A stretch of 63,331 nt of DNA, counting the filler, from Octopus bimaculoides (taxonomy: Eukaryota), in assembly GCF_001194135.2 (NCBI RefSeq). It is 8 parts of 6 records of this genome, joined end to end, with 100 filler letters (N's around TTAATTAATTAA, not from the genome) between each part and the next. Parts side by side here need not be neighbours in the genome. Positions count along the whole stretch, not along the records: positions 45,751 to 54,784 come from NC_068981.1; positions 54,885 to 58,702 come from NC_068981.1; positions 58,803 to 61,953 come from NC_069005.1; positions 62,054 to 63,331 come from NC_068985.1; 4 more parts are not named here. One strand, given 5' to 3'. The notes under the pieces were generated by a model. It did no database searches. It was not told where the DNA came from and saw only the letters and a program-made list of their open reading frames with translations. The position numbers were made by a program, and so were the translations under genes. Below are positions 48,677-62,879 of the stretch, one piece after another; position 1 is the first letter of the stretch; each line of letters begins with the position of its first letter.

Positions 48677-50760
48677 GTGATGAAAACTCACAACTCATTT
48701 GCTGGGTATGGTGATAAGTGCAGCTGTCCACAGCCAGCAGAGTAAAGTGACACTTGTTTACCAGTCTTGCTTCAAGAACTCTGCGAAGAATTCTTGCAGT
48801 TCCAAGCAATACTGATTTTTTTAGGTGTTCTACCTTCACAGTTGCACCAATCTTTTTTCAGTCTTACTGGTAGTTGACTGCTGATATTTCCAAGTGCATC
48901 AAGTGCCTATTGGTATCATGTCTACTCTCCTCATTGACCACAAACTGCTTATTTCCCATTTCAAATCGTAATGGTTGTTTATTTTTTTATTTTTCTTTCA
49001 CAATGATCCTGTTGTCACCGGAGCATGCTATGTCTATTATCATGCATGTTCTTTCTTTTTATCCACCACAACAAACATCCGGTTTCCGATGTCTGGTCAG
49101 GTGTTCGCACTGGATCATTGTACTCCACAGTATTTCGCAATTCTCATTCTCAGTGATTCCTTCTGAGATTTTCTCATACCACGTCTTTGTTCTTTTAAGC
49201 CGTGATTTCAATAGAACTCCCAATGGATCATCCTTACCACATTGTCATGGCGTCTTTTATATTCGCGTTGTGTCAATTTCAGGCACTTGCTAAGGATGTG
49301 CCATACCGTTTTATCCCTCTCACCACACATTCTGCATTTGTCGTTGTCGGTAGTTCTGGCTATTCTGCCCTTCACATAGTTGATCGTTAACGTTTGTTCT
49401 TGAGCTGCGTATATGAGTGCTTCTGTCTCTATCTTCAGGTCACTCCCCTTCATCCATAGCCACCGGTCCTCTAGATCTGTCTTCGCGTTCACAGTCCTTT
49501 CAATCTGACTGTGCTTTTTACCCCTTCCATGCTTTTTCTTTTTTCTCGTGTTCATTTCTTGCTCAAATTTTTCTTTCATTACACAATTTTCAGTTTTGGC
49601 CTTCGTATGTTTCAACAGTGACTCCACGGCATTTGTTATATACCACTCTAGACTGTTTTCCTCTGCTTCGATACAGTCCTGGCAACTGATCAAACCTCTC
49701 CCACACTTTCTTCTGGACAAGTACAGCCTATCGGTATCACTCTTAGGGCGGAAGGCTCCGTGTACTGTCAACATTTTTCTGGTCTTGATATCCATTTTCA
49801 TCACTTCTCTTTTTGCCATTTTATAATTCCCGTTCCATACCGAAGTGATGCTATCGCCCACGTATTGACCGCTTGGATTTTATTCCATCCAGTCAATTTT
49901 GAGCGCAAAACCAACCTTAGTCTTCGGAAATATCCCATCCCCAGTTGCTCTTTCATTTCATTGTTCGTTATCTCGTTGGTCTCTAGGACATCAAGTTTCT
50001 ATTCGGCAATTCTATCCCTGCTGGGGACTGTACCTTGCTTCTTTTTAGGTTGATTATTCTGCACTTCTTGAGTCCAAATTCTAATATCAGTACTAAAACA
50101 ATGGACCATGTTCATCAAGGAATCCATTTGTGTCTCATCCTTGCCATACAGTTTTAAATCATCCATGAAGAAAAGGTGGTTGATTGTTTGGGATTTCCCC
50201 CATAGTTGGTACTCCAGGTTCATTTTCCTATGTACCAAAGTCTGGGGTATCATATAGAGGACAAAAAGCAACGGAGATAAGCTATCACCCAGGAAAATCC
50301 ATCTTCTGATACCCAGGGTACCTAAGCTTTTCCTCTAACATGTCAGTTCAATTTTCCACCGCACCATACTCCTCGCAATTCCAAATAGATCTAGGCATTC
50401 GAAGATCTACGAATATAGATTCATATCATAAGCTCTGCGATAATCAATCCAGGCCATTCTCAAATGTGTTCTCCTTAGTTTACAATCTTCCATTACCATT
50501 TTGTCTAACAAAAATTGATATTTGGTATTTCTGTATCTCCTTCTACAGCCTTTTTGTTTCATCGGTAATCTATCGATCTCATCAAGAAATTTGTATAGCT
50601 CATCTGCAATTCCTCCAGATAGTAACTTCTACATTAATGGGAGGTAAGAAATTGGTCTGTAATTGTCAGCAGCATTTCCTTTTAATGCATCTTTCAGACA
50701 CAACACTGTTCGACCTTTTTCCAACCAGCCCAGTATTTCTTCTCCATTAATCAATGCATT
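48677..50760 (-). mobile_element. R4/Dong-like LINE, ~2.1 kb 5'-truncated (RT, CCHC, RLE), decayed
   Basis: NYRPIS, FLGDSLSPLL, HLFFMDDLKLYGK, GRGLISCQDCIEAEENSL, CRMCGERDKTVWHILSKC...KRRHDNV, KKSVLLGTARILRRVLE. Flanked by (TAA)n on both sides. Confidence 0.9.
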
Positions 50761-50788
50761 ATTATCATTGTTATTATTATTATTGTTG

Positions 50789-50879
<91 letters not shown>

Positions 50880-51359
50880 GGCGGTGAGCTGACAAAATCA
50901 TTAACACGCCGGGTAAAATGATTTGTGGTATTTCGTTCTGAGTTCAAATTCTGCTGAGATCGATTTTATCTTTCATCCTTTCGGGGTCGATAAATTAAGA
51001 ACCAGTTGAGTACTGGGGTCGATGTAATCGACTATCCCCCTCCCGCAAATTTCAGCCCTTGTGCCTACAATAGAAAAGACTGTTATTATTAAGGCGGTGA
51101 GCTGGCAGAATGGTTAGCACGCCGGGCAAAATGCTTAGTGGTATTTCGTCTGCCACTATGTTTTGAGTTCAAATACCACCGACGTCGACTTTACCTTTTA
51201 TCCTTTCGAAGTCGATGAAAGAAGTCCCAGATACGCACTGGGGTTGATGTAATTAACCTAGCCCCCTTTCCCAAAAATTTTCAAGGCCTTGTACCTAGAG
51301 TAGAAATAATTACAATAATAATAATAATTATTATTATTACATACGTATGTGTGTGCGTG

Positions 51360-51390
<31 letters not shown>

Positions 51391-52924
51391 GTATGTATGT
51401 ATGTACGTATGTATGTGTGTGTGTGTGTGTGTGCATGCGTGTGATGTGTTAACTGACGATAGTTTTGTGAAAAACACAAAACAAAACAAACAGACAAATG
51501 GTAGATTAACTGAAAAAAATACTAACAACATAGTAAAACAAAACTAAATTAGACATGCTAAAGAAGTTAAACGCAAGCAACAGAACAGAAAATGAAACCT
51601 GGAATTAATATCGCATATGTCAAATAGCCAAAAGGTTAGGCGAAGAAATTTAACAAGATTAATGAACGAAGCGTAAAACATGTAGACAAAAATAAGCCAG
51701 TCCTAGAAGTATTAATAATTAACATTTTGCTTCTACTCAGAGAAGGAGTGGATCTTAAATAATAATTCGATATGTTGGTTAATTGGTGCAATATTATCAT
51801 ATTTGACTCTGCACACACAGAGACACACACACACCCTTGCACTCACACACACACTCTTGCACACACACACACACACACACATACACACACACACACACAC
51901 ATACACACACACACACACACACACATACACACACACACACACACATACACACACACACACACACACATACAAGTAGAGATACACGCACAAAGGTACACTC
52001 ATATACTGGTGCAAATATTTAAGTGCGCATGCATTCACATACGCTCGCATTCACGTATACAATTACACACACACATATATATACGTATACACACACATAT
52101 GTATGCATTTATATTCATATCTATGTATACACAAAGAAATACACATTTGTCTACTGTTCATATATATGTATATAAGGATATGTATGCATATATCTGTGTA
52201 TATGTGCATGAACATTATATATACACATATATGCACACGTACACACACATATATATATATACACACACACACACACAAATGTGTGGTGTATCTATAATTA
52301 ATGGAATATAGTTTCTTAGTTTTGTGATTACTTCACTTTTTTTATTTGGTTTGCAAAATTCTTTATGTAAATTCGTGAGCTGAAGCAAATTCTGCTGTAT
52401 CGAGGGGAAGTCATAAACGCCAATATCGATAACACACGCGCTGGTTCAATACCTCTTCTTTATTATCAGTCAGTTAGTTAAATATATCTGTCCGCATTTT
52501 GTCTAAACACACAAATAACCCGTCACATAGATGAAACATTCACCATACTGACTAGGAAATGCACGTAGGAAGTAGATACCTATATGGTACAAATACCAGT
52601 TACGCAGCGTACACATATAGGTACCTTCGAATGAACAGGTAAGCAGACAGGTATACGGATAGATAGAATTATACATAAACATAGATAGATAGATAAATAA
52701 GTAAATAGGTGGGTAGATAAGTCGATATATATTTAGAGGTAGTTAGCTTAGCTGGATAGATTGTTAGTTACTTAGTTAATGAGGTAAGGTAGGTAGATGG
52801 GTGGGGAGATAGGCAAGTAAATAGATAAGTAGGATGGTATGTATATAGGTAGGTAGGTAGTAGATAGGCGGATAGGTAAACAGGTAGCACGGACAGACGT
52901 GCACATACATGCAAACATAAGCAT

Positions 52925-52999
<75 letters not shown>

Positions 53000-53719
53000 C
53001 ACACACACACACATGTAGGTGCGGGATTGGCTGTGTGGTAAGAAGCTTCCTTCCCGACCACATGGTTGCGGGTTCAATCCCACCACGTGGCACCTTGGCC
53101 TTCTACTATACTTTCGGGCCGACCAAAGCTTTGTGAGTGGATTTGCTAAACTGAAACTGAAAGAAGAACGTCGTATCTGTCTATGTATGTATGTATGTAT
53201 GTATGTATGTATGTATGTATGTATGTATCTATCTATCTATCTATCTATCTATCTGTGTGTGTGGTCAGTCCCTCGTCAACTTTTTCAAGTACCACTTGAA
53301 AAGGAGGATGAGGATAGAGAGGAAAGCGTTGTCGAATGAAAGCTTCAATAAAAAATGGGTAAATGTGGCAAAATTGGTGAGTATGAAAGACGACNNNNNN
53401 NNNNNNNNNNNNNNNNNNNNNNNNNNNNNNNNNNNNNNNNNNNNNNNNNNNNNNNNNNNNNNNNNNNNNNNNNNNNNNNNNNNNNNNNNNNNNNNNNNNN
53501 NNNNNNNNNNNNNNNNNNNNNNNNNNNNNNNNNNNNNNNNNNNNNNNNNNNNNNNNNNNNNNNNNNNNNNNNCACCACACACCCCAACGATTACAATCCC
53601 TATTGATTTGACTTTTCTTTGTGTGTCCCACCCAGCCCACCTCGAAAATGAAAAACTCTACGCTTGTATTTCGTCCAATTTCTGTGTTCAGCCCTGTGTG
53701 GCTATAATAAAAACATATC

Positions 53720-53773
<54 letters not shown>

Positions 53774-54720
53774 GGTTTGTGTTCGGCTCCCACCACCGGT
53801 TGACAACTGTAACTTGACGGTCCGACAACAGTGACGGCTTAAGATATAGCTACTGGGATCGAATCATTCGACTAAAAATTCTTCAAGGCTGTGCTCCAGC
53901 ATGACCGAAGTCTAACGACTGAAACAAGTACAGAAATAAATTATATATATATATATATATATGTATTTATTTATTTATTTATGTGTTTCAGCCAAGTGGC
54001 TGCGGTCATGCTGGTGCACCACCGTGTACCACACACGCATATATATATATGTGTGAGTGTGTGTGCATATATATAAAAATCCTCATACACACACGTACAC
54101 ACACACATATCTATATGATAGTTTCGTTTAGGCCTAGTGGTACTAATAACCACCATTTTGTAATCAATATACTTTTGGACCAAAGCGTAAGCATCGGATG
54201 AATGCACAGAACAATATTAACCATTCTAGCGGAGGCGGTGCATGCTGCGCGACATGACATGACAAGTGTGCCTCCTCGAATTACAGATAGGATCCAGCAG
54301 ATGATTATATATAATGGTACTTGACTAAGGTGCTAAACAATGGGCATATATATGGCTCACTTGAGGATTGCAGTGGCGTGAAACTCGAATCGTGCAACAA
54401 GCTCTCAGTTTCACTTTTAATAAAACACTTTATAGATGAAGAAACACACACACACACACATGCGCGCGTGCGACCCCACCACATATTTTTTGGACACGAG
54501 TACTTATATAATAAAAATATAAAAATGCAATTTAATTGTAGGTATATTTCAAATTCTTTTCTTCTTCGCACACACATACACACAATTACGTTTGGTGATT
54601 AAAATTATTTTCTCATTTATAATTAGAGGAGAATGCACAAACTTCTAACACAGATGTGTATGGAGGACACATCCTGAACCACAGAATTAAGCATTGCTCT
54701 CTCTCTCTTTCTCAAACCCT

Positions 54721-54784
<64 letters not shown>

Positions 54785-54884
54785 NNNNNNNNNNNNNNNN
54801 NNNNNNNNNNNNNNNNNNNNNNNNNNNNTTAATTAATTAANNNNNNNNNNNNNNNNNNNNNNNNNNNNNNNNNNNNNNNNNNNN

Positions 54885-55090
54885 GGTGGTCGGCACACCA
54901 TTGGAGGAATATGAAAAGTTGACGGGAGCGAAACTTAATCCGGAAAAGTCGGTGGGCTTGCAGCTCGGCACCTAGAGAGGCAAGTCCATGCCGTCCAACA
55001 ACGGCGTTGGGTGCTGGACAGATGGACCGGTAAAGTTGCTTGGGTTTTAGTTTGGACCAGACCTCCAGGTGGATTAGAATTGGGACGAGG
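54885..55090 (+). mobile_element. Tx1/L1-clade RT C-terminal fragment, followed by a 10-bp tandem repeat (GACGAGGTGA)n to ~55137
   Basis: EYEKLTGAKLNPEKSVGLQLGT*RGK...WTDGPVKLLGF*FGPDLQVD*NW. Confidence 0.6.
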
Positions 55091-55144
55091 TGACGAAGTG
55101 ACGAGGTGACGAGGTGACGAGGTGACGAGGTGACGAGCACGAAT

Positions 55145-55525
55145 TTATGCCTATTTCCTCTATCCATCTGTTCAGATCTTTAAGGATAGTTCCCAATGCA
55201 CCTATAACTACTGGGAAACATTTTACCTGCACTTTCCATAGTCTTTGTAATTCAAAAGCTAGGTCCTGGTACTTTACTATTTTTCTGTACTTCTCATATT
55301 AATATTGTCATCATTTGGGACTGTAAAGTCAATTATTTGGCACTTTCTATTCTTTTTATCTACTACTACCAAATCAAGCTTCTATTACTCTGTCAGTCTG
55401 AATGTTAAAGTCCCACAACATCTTGTATTTCTTACTTTCTAGTATCAGTATGTTCAAATCCTAGCTTTCTACGTAGCTCCCAGTGGATCGGTGTCCCTAG
55501 ATTGTCATGTTTTGTATTCTTTCTG
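55145..55525 (-). mobile_element. R4/Dong-like RLE fragment
   Basis: HDNLGTPIHWELRRKLGF and VKCFPVVIGALGTIPKDLNRWIEEIGI. Confidence 0.65.
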
Positions 55526-57090
55526 TACCTATTATTATTTAAAATTTCGCCGAGGTTGGCTTTGCCTTTCATCCTTTCGGGGTTGATATAATAAGTACCA
55601 TTTGAGTACTGGATCAATATAATCGACTTACCTCTCCTTGGAAATTCCTGGCCTTGAGCCAAAATTTCAAATCATTATTGTTGTTGTTGTTGTCGTTATT
55701 TTGTCCATAAATACCGTATTTGACAGCGTATAAACACACTTTCACAGAAGACACATGCTATTTTACAAGTATATTTTGTAGAAAATACAAATCTAGTATG
55801 TTTCTTCGTATATTCATTGAAAAATTATTTTACGTTGGTTTCATAAAGAAAATGTATGACTGTGCATGTAAATTCGATGTTATGTCAGCTTGCTGGAATA
55901 GAATATTAAAGCACAAATTTATCATGACGCAACTACGTCATACAACTATTGTATTTCAAGTGTATCTTCTTTCATAGCTGTATATAAGTTGTTTGTATTT
56001 TGGTCATGAGATTTGTTATAAGGACGTGAAGCTTGTATTTCTGGCTATAATATAACTGCAATCAGCCACCAAGGTGGCTCATCACTGTTACGATTCTGTA
56101 TTCATCTACTCATTGCAAATAACTGCCAGGCAGATAAAAGTTTGTTAACATTCTATTCATTTTTCTTGGAGAATTTTTCGTGTAAGTAATTAAAAAATAT
56201 CTCTTAACGGTAACATAGTCATTAAATAATGTAAGAAGCATATCAGGTTTGGGTCACGTATGCTGGCGAACGAGATATAATGAAATGATGTAACCTCCCC
56301 ACATAACTGCAATTTTTAAGTTACTACAAGCTGCGATATTTTGGCTTGTTTTCAATATTTTATTGTTAGTAACTATTATTGTGCCTCGTAACAATTATTA
56401 GTATCAATAATTATGCTTATCCGGTTCCCTAGCTTACGACACTCGGTCTCCTATCCGTACTAAACGCGGGTAAATTTTTAGAAACGTTTAATTAAAAAAA
56501 AATTTTAAATGCAAATACGGTATTTGATTTATCATAATTCACAACTTGAGTTATTTCCCTTAGTTCAATGTTGTTTAAACATTAGACTTACTCATTACAC
56601 CTCGTCCACCTCCAAGGAATGTTTCTTTTCGTTTCTTCTGTAGATGTCAACCTGCCGATGAACATAGACCGCATTAATCTCACCTTTTTGAGAGAGCATG
56701 CACAGATCATTAGTACAATTACTCCTTACCTGATTAATTTTTTAAAAAGAAATCAATGTTACATCAGATCNNNNNNNNNNNNNNNNNNNNNNNNNNNNNN
56801 NNNNNNNNNNNNNNNNNNNNNNNNNNNNNNNNNNNNNNNNNNNNNNNNNNNNNNNNNNNNNNNNNNNNNNNNNNNNNNNNNNNNNNNNNNNNNNNNNNNN
56901 NNNNNNNNNNNNNNNNNNNNNNNNNNNNNNNNNNNNNNNNNNNNNNNNNNNNNNNNNNNNNNNNNNNNNNNNNNNNNNNNNNNNNNNNNNNNNNNNNNNN
57001 NNNNNNNNNNNNNNNNNNNNNNNNNNNNNNNNNNNNNNNNNNNNNNNNNNNNNNNNNNNNNNNNNNNNNNNNNNNNNNNNNNNNNNNNNN

Positions 57091-57790
57091 GAGGAACTAC
57101 GGAGAAGCTTGGATTTGGTCATTCAAACATTCATCGACTCCTGCATACCATCGGAAAAGTCAGCGAATTGGGTCAATGGATTCCTCACAAACCCTCCGAG
57201 TCTAATCGCACTTAGAGAGTGAATGTGTGCTCTTCTTTGCTATCACGTTTCACGAATGAACCTTTTTTGAACCGAATAGCAACTGGTGACGAGAAATGGG
57301 TTCTCTATAAAAGTGTCAAGCGACGAAGTCAGTGTATATGGAAAGGAGAAACACCGGCACCCCAGGCTAAAGAAGGTGTTGTTATCTGATTGGTAGGATA
57401 TGAAAAGTTTAGTCCACTTTGAACTTTTAAACCCAAACCAAACGATAACAAAGCAGATCTACTGCGAGCAGCTTGAACGGCTTAAATCAGTGCTACAAGA
57501 AAAACGACCTTCTTTGGTTTCAATACGAAAGGTGTTCTTCGATCAGGATAATGCTCAGCTACATACAGCGAGGATGACATTCCAAAGGCTGGAGCAGTTT
57601 GAATGTGAAACAATGTCCCACCCACCATATTCGCTGGACATTGCCTCATCTGATTATCATTTATTCCGCAGTCTTCAAAATGATTTTGACGGAAAAAATA
57701 TGAATTCTGTAGACGAGATCAGAACAGAACGGACAAATGAATTTTGGGAGAGGGGCCTTGCGAGTCTACCATATAGATGGAAGAGCATTG
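57091..57790 (+). mobile_element. Mariner transposase pseudogene 1
   Basis: GQWIPHK, IATGDEKWVLY, DQDNAQLHTAR, HPPYSLDIASSDYHLFRSLQ. Interrupted after RWKSIV. Confidence 0.92.
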
Positions 57791-58702
57791 TATTAGGTTG
57801 TCAAGTATGAAATTTGTAGCAAGGTATATGGTAAACTTTGATAGTTGCTCATTTTGCGCCATTATTATATTTTGACAATCTTTATTTTTTGTTAGAAAGT
57901 TGATACATATATTTCTTTATTCTAATACATTTTGCACTTTATAAAGTATTAATAAATCGTTTTTTGCTATTTTTGTTTAGAGATCGATAAGTCAGAAATT
58001 CGTAGTTTTGAAATATGAGTTCTTTCGTGGAAATACAGCATCAGAGACAACTCGGAATATTACATAGCAGACAATATCAAATTGGTTTGCAAAATTTCGT
58101 TCAGGTAACTTTGAACTCACAAATGAGCAATGCGGTCGACCAGAAACAAAAGTGGATAATGACGAACTGAAAGCCATCGTCGGGTTAGATCCACCTCAAA
58201 GTGCCCGTGAATTATCGTTGCTGTTTGGTGTTAGCAAGCAAACAATATTGACTCACCTAGCTCAAATCGGTAAAGCGAAAAAGTTAGATAACTGGGTTCC
58301 ACATGAACTCAATGAAAATCAAAAACAGCAATGCTACTTTTTCGTCACGAAAATGTATCATTTTTTAACCGAATTGTAACATGTGATGAGAAATGGATCC
58401 AATACAACAACCGTAAACGTTCAGCACAATGGTTTGACAAAGATGAGCCACCAAAACACAGTCCAAAAAGCAAAATTCATCAAAAGAAGCTGATGGTGTG
58501 CGTATGGTGGTCTGGTGCAGGTGTGATCCGGCTCATCAATCACAGCCGAAGTATACCGCAGCCAACTGGACCAAATGATGCAGAAACCTATAAAAAAAAA
58601 ACAGCCTAGTTTAATCAACAGATCCACTCCTATTTTATTGCAAGACAATACCAGGCCACATATCGCAAAAATGACATTGGAAAACTACAGGAGTTGGAGT
58701 TG
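57791..58702 (+). mobile_element. Mariner element 2 (5' TIR + decayed transposase), inserted into element 1
   Basis: TA followed by TTAGGTTGTCAAGTATGAAATT; translation includes NWVPHEL, IVTCDEKWIQY, KLMVCVWW and LLQDNTRPH. Truncated by a gap. Confidence 0.88.
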
Positions 58703-59055
58703 NNNNNNNNNNNNNNNNNNNNNNNNNNNNNNNNNNNNNNNNNNNNTTAATTAATTAANNNNNNNNNNNNNNNNNNNNNNNNNNNNNNNNNNNNNNNNNN
58801 NNATATATATATATATATATATACATATATACATATATATATATATATAGGGAAAAAAATTTCAATGAACATTACAAATGTCGCACCTATTTGGTGCTAA
58901 TTTCGAAACCGGTATAACGTTGACGAGTATTACCTGTGCTGACCGAGCACAGGTGAGACGTTTTTAAAGTACACTGGAATTTTTTCCTGTAATGCGTGTA
59001 GAAGATTTGTGGACTAGTTTGTGGCACAGAAGTGTTTTTTTTCGTGTGTATATGT

Positions 59056-59088
<33 letters not shown>

Positions 59089-59769
59089 AGTACATATTGT
59101 ATGTACATATTTTATTAATTTGCTTGTGCGGCTGATAAATTCGCTTACCACTGTGATGTTATTTTAATAATACCATCCCTGCTTGTATATATATATATAT
59201 ATATATATACATACATACTTAGATATATATCACTGCGTGGCACCTGGGGGGCAAGTGTCTTCTACTATAGCCTCGGGCCGACCAAAGCCTTCTGAGTGGA
59301 TTTGGTAGACGGAAACTGAAAGAAGCTCGTCGTATATATATATATATTCTTTGTAAGCCTAATACTTATTCTATCGAACCGCTAAGTTACGGTAACATAA
59401 ACACACCAACATCGGTTGTCAAGCGATGTTGGGGGACAAACAGACACACTCAAACATACATACATACACACACACACACACACGCATATATATATACGAC
59501 GGGTTTCTTTCAGTTTCCGTCTACCAAATCCACTCATAAGGCTTTGGTCGGTCCGAGGCTATAGTAGAAGATACTTGCCCAAGGCGCCACGCAGTGGGAC
59601 TGAACCTGGGACCATGTGGTTGCTTATTGTATACTTTGTTTGTTTGTTTTATTCCGTGAATAATTTCTTTTCTTTTTTTCCTTTTGTTATCTACACTTGA
59701 TATCTGTCTTCCTATTGTCCCCCCCCCCCTCATCCATCACTCCGGTAGCAAACACAAAAAGTCATCACC

Positions 59770-59803
<34 letters not shown>

Positions 59804-60472
59804 TCAAAGGCGGCGAGTAAAACACTGCGGTTGATGTAATCGACCAGTCCCTTGTGTCCAGAGTAGAAAGGATTATTATTATTGTTGTTGTTGTTGTTGT
59901 TGTTGTTGCTGTTGTAATTATTCTTGAGTGAGAGAGCAGTGCATGCCATCAAAGTGACACTGGGGTATAAATATACGAAGCCCATTATACCCATAATGAC
60001 TACCCGTCTGATAAGGGTACACCAGGCACATGCATCACAACCACATGTGCGTGACATGGTGATCTTATATCAAGGTTAACAGCGCATGACCTTGCAGGTG
60101 GGGCCCAGTTAGAATTTTCTTCAGGTTGAGTAGCCCCTCCCGTTCAAAAGGTCCCTGAATAAGGGTTGTTGAAGGATGATGAACGAAACACCCATGTTTC
60201 CAAAGGTGAATTTTCCAAACCCCAAAGAATTCCTCTCAACACATGGCTATGATGCTCCCCCACTACTTCTGCTCATGATCAGAGATGCACATATCGCCGG
60301 CCACTAAAGGGACATGTTCAACTGGTTAAGGTCAAACAACTGACAAGTAAATCTGTGGTATTAAGCGGAATATTTGCTGTAGCCCATCTTTTATACCAAG
60401 ACAAAACAATGTACATGATAACACTTCCAATCAATTAAGATCAGAAGCCATAAGAGCCACTGCCTGGTACTG

Positions 60473-60503
<31 letters not shown>

Positions 60504-60616
60504 GAGTGAGAGAGCAGTGCATGCCATGAAAGTGAGACTGGGGTGCAAATATACGAAGCCCAGTATACCCATCATGACTACCCGTCTGATAAGGGTACAC
60601 CAGGCACATGCTATTT

Positions 60617-60675
<59 letters not shown>

Positions 60676-61633
60676 CAGCAAAAGCCGGTCAGAAATCATT
60701 TATGTGACCGCGTGATCTGCTATAAATAGCAAACATTTCTCTCTGAAATTACACTCGCCAAAGAAAAAGAAAAAAAAAGTAAGGAAAAACAAAAGGGATA
60801 CAGCAGAGAATGCGGCCCTGGGTGGAACATGTCTAGGGATATGACTCTGACCAGACACTCATTTAATCAAAGGCTTTGATTAATTGATATGCTTGACCAG
60901 AGTTGAGCTGAGGCTGAAGAGTACGGTGTGAGGACGAAATAGGAAACGGAATCAAAATACGAGACAGCTTGGTCAACATTTAAAAGATGACGATGGCGTG
61001 GAAGCTGTTTGTTGCATAGACACAGAAGTCAGACTGACCTAGAAAGAGGGAAGATGGTGGTGGTGGGGGTGGGAGAAATGTGAATGAAATCGGTGAAAAG
61101 GTAAATGACCGGGGAATTCTCAGAAAGCCGAAAAAAACCAAGACGGAGAAAGAGAAGAAAAGAGAAGAGAAAGAGAGCGGAAACGAGAGGGAAAAAATAA
61201 CTAGAGAAAGCGAGGGAGGAAGAGGAAGACATACGAGAGTGAGGTAGAGGGAGAGAGAAAAGGGAAAGAGGGTGACTGGAATTAAGATTGAGAGAGAGAG
61301 AGAGAAAGAGACGGAGAGAGAATGAAAGAAATAAAGAGAGATACAGAGGGAGGGGGTTAAGAACACCGGAGTGACACGCAGGCGCGATTGAAATAAGAGG
61401 AGGAGGAGGAGGCCAGTGACTCAGCGCTTTATTTCCAAGAATTTCTTAACAAGCAGTATTTCCCAGAATCTGCATTTGGTGTCATGTGCAGCGCTTGTAT
61501 CATTTCTGCACTTATTTTGCAGTGTTATATCGGACAGAGGAGGCTGGTTGATGCATCTAGCGCTACTTGCTATAAAATGTGCACTCGTGCATATGTATGT
61601 GTGCACGTTATATGTGTGTGTGCGAGGTGTGCA

Positions 61634-61669
<36 letters not shown>

Positions 61670-62053
61670 TTCTGTTATTTGTTTGTCATTTGCCGGCGGC
61701 CATGCTGGAGCACCGCCTTGATATATCTCGAGTGGAGGCGGTGCTCCAGCATGGCCGCAGTCAAATGACTGAAACAAGTAAAAGAGTATGTAAGCTATAT
61801 GTGTGTATGTTAAGTGTATGTGTGTGTGTACGTGCGCGCGCACACACATTTGCAGCTGCAAATGACAACGAAAGAAATAAACAAAGGAAGAAACGGCTGT
61901 TTATTCAAGTTGAAAACAAATGATCGATTAGATAGACGGATATTTAAACCAGTNNNNNNNNNNNNNNNNNNNNNNNNNNNNNNNNNNNNNNNNNNNNTTA
62001 ATTAATTAANNNNNNNNNNNNNNNNNNNNNNNNNNNNNNNNNNNNNNNNNNNN

Positions 62054-62088
<35 letters not shown>

Positions 62089-62816
62089 TATTTATATATA
62101 TGGACCGTTTTAATCTACAAGTTCCATTCATTCTCTGTCTGTTTATTTTATTTTCTATTATTCTTTTCTGTTGAAGAGTGTAGGCTCAAATGTAAAAGAA
62201 TTTTTCATTTTTCCCGAGCGTCAAACTAATACATTTGTTGTTCATACACCTTTTTTTTTTTTTTGTTTTTCTATAAATTTCAACTATGAAGATATATATA
62301 TATATTTCAACTATGTGAATACATATATATATATATATGTGTGCATGTATGTATATGTATACGTCTGTCAGTTCGTATATATGTTAGTATACAGCTGTTT
62401 TGAATACTGATTTACTGGTGTATCAAATTACAGCAAAGAAATCTCTTATATTTCTTAATTTGTTTGATACCATATAAATTTATTCCGAATTTTAACACAT
62501 AAAAATATTATAATGAACGTTGCTCTTTAGGATTTTTTCTTATTAATAGTTTCCTTTAGAATATTTTCTTCGGATATCTTGATACATTACAGACAAGAAT
62601 TAGGTGTAACTATATTAAGTTTCATTTAATTAAATGTACATAAAAAAAATATATCAGTAAAAAGCCAGATGACTTCATTCGGTTAAGGCTAAGGTTGCTT
62701 TCCATGACAGACCCTATACAAGAATGAAATGGCATCATTTGAGTTGTGGTGTTTTATTCCTGCTTCACATCATCAACCTTGAATCCTTACCTCCTGTTCA
62801 ATACAGAACAACTTAC

Positions 62817-62879
62817 TTTCTCTTTTATTTCTTTTCCATCTGCCACTTTCTTTCGGTATTTCTCTGCTACTAAATTCAC
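62817..62879 (-). CDS. Candidate orphan 63-bp exon (VNLVAEKYRKKVADGKEIKEK if phase 0); gene unknown
   Basis: Acceptor ctttttctaaag, donor AAA/gtaagt and a length divisible by 3. No homology recognised. Confidence 0.3.

Noticed and set aside
60980-61366. Hydrophobic Ser/Leu/Phe-rich ORF
   Set aside because: Translation of a GA-rich low-complexity tract. The same applies to the CT-rich ORFs at 9697-10083.
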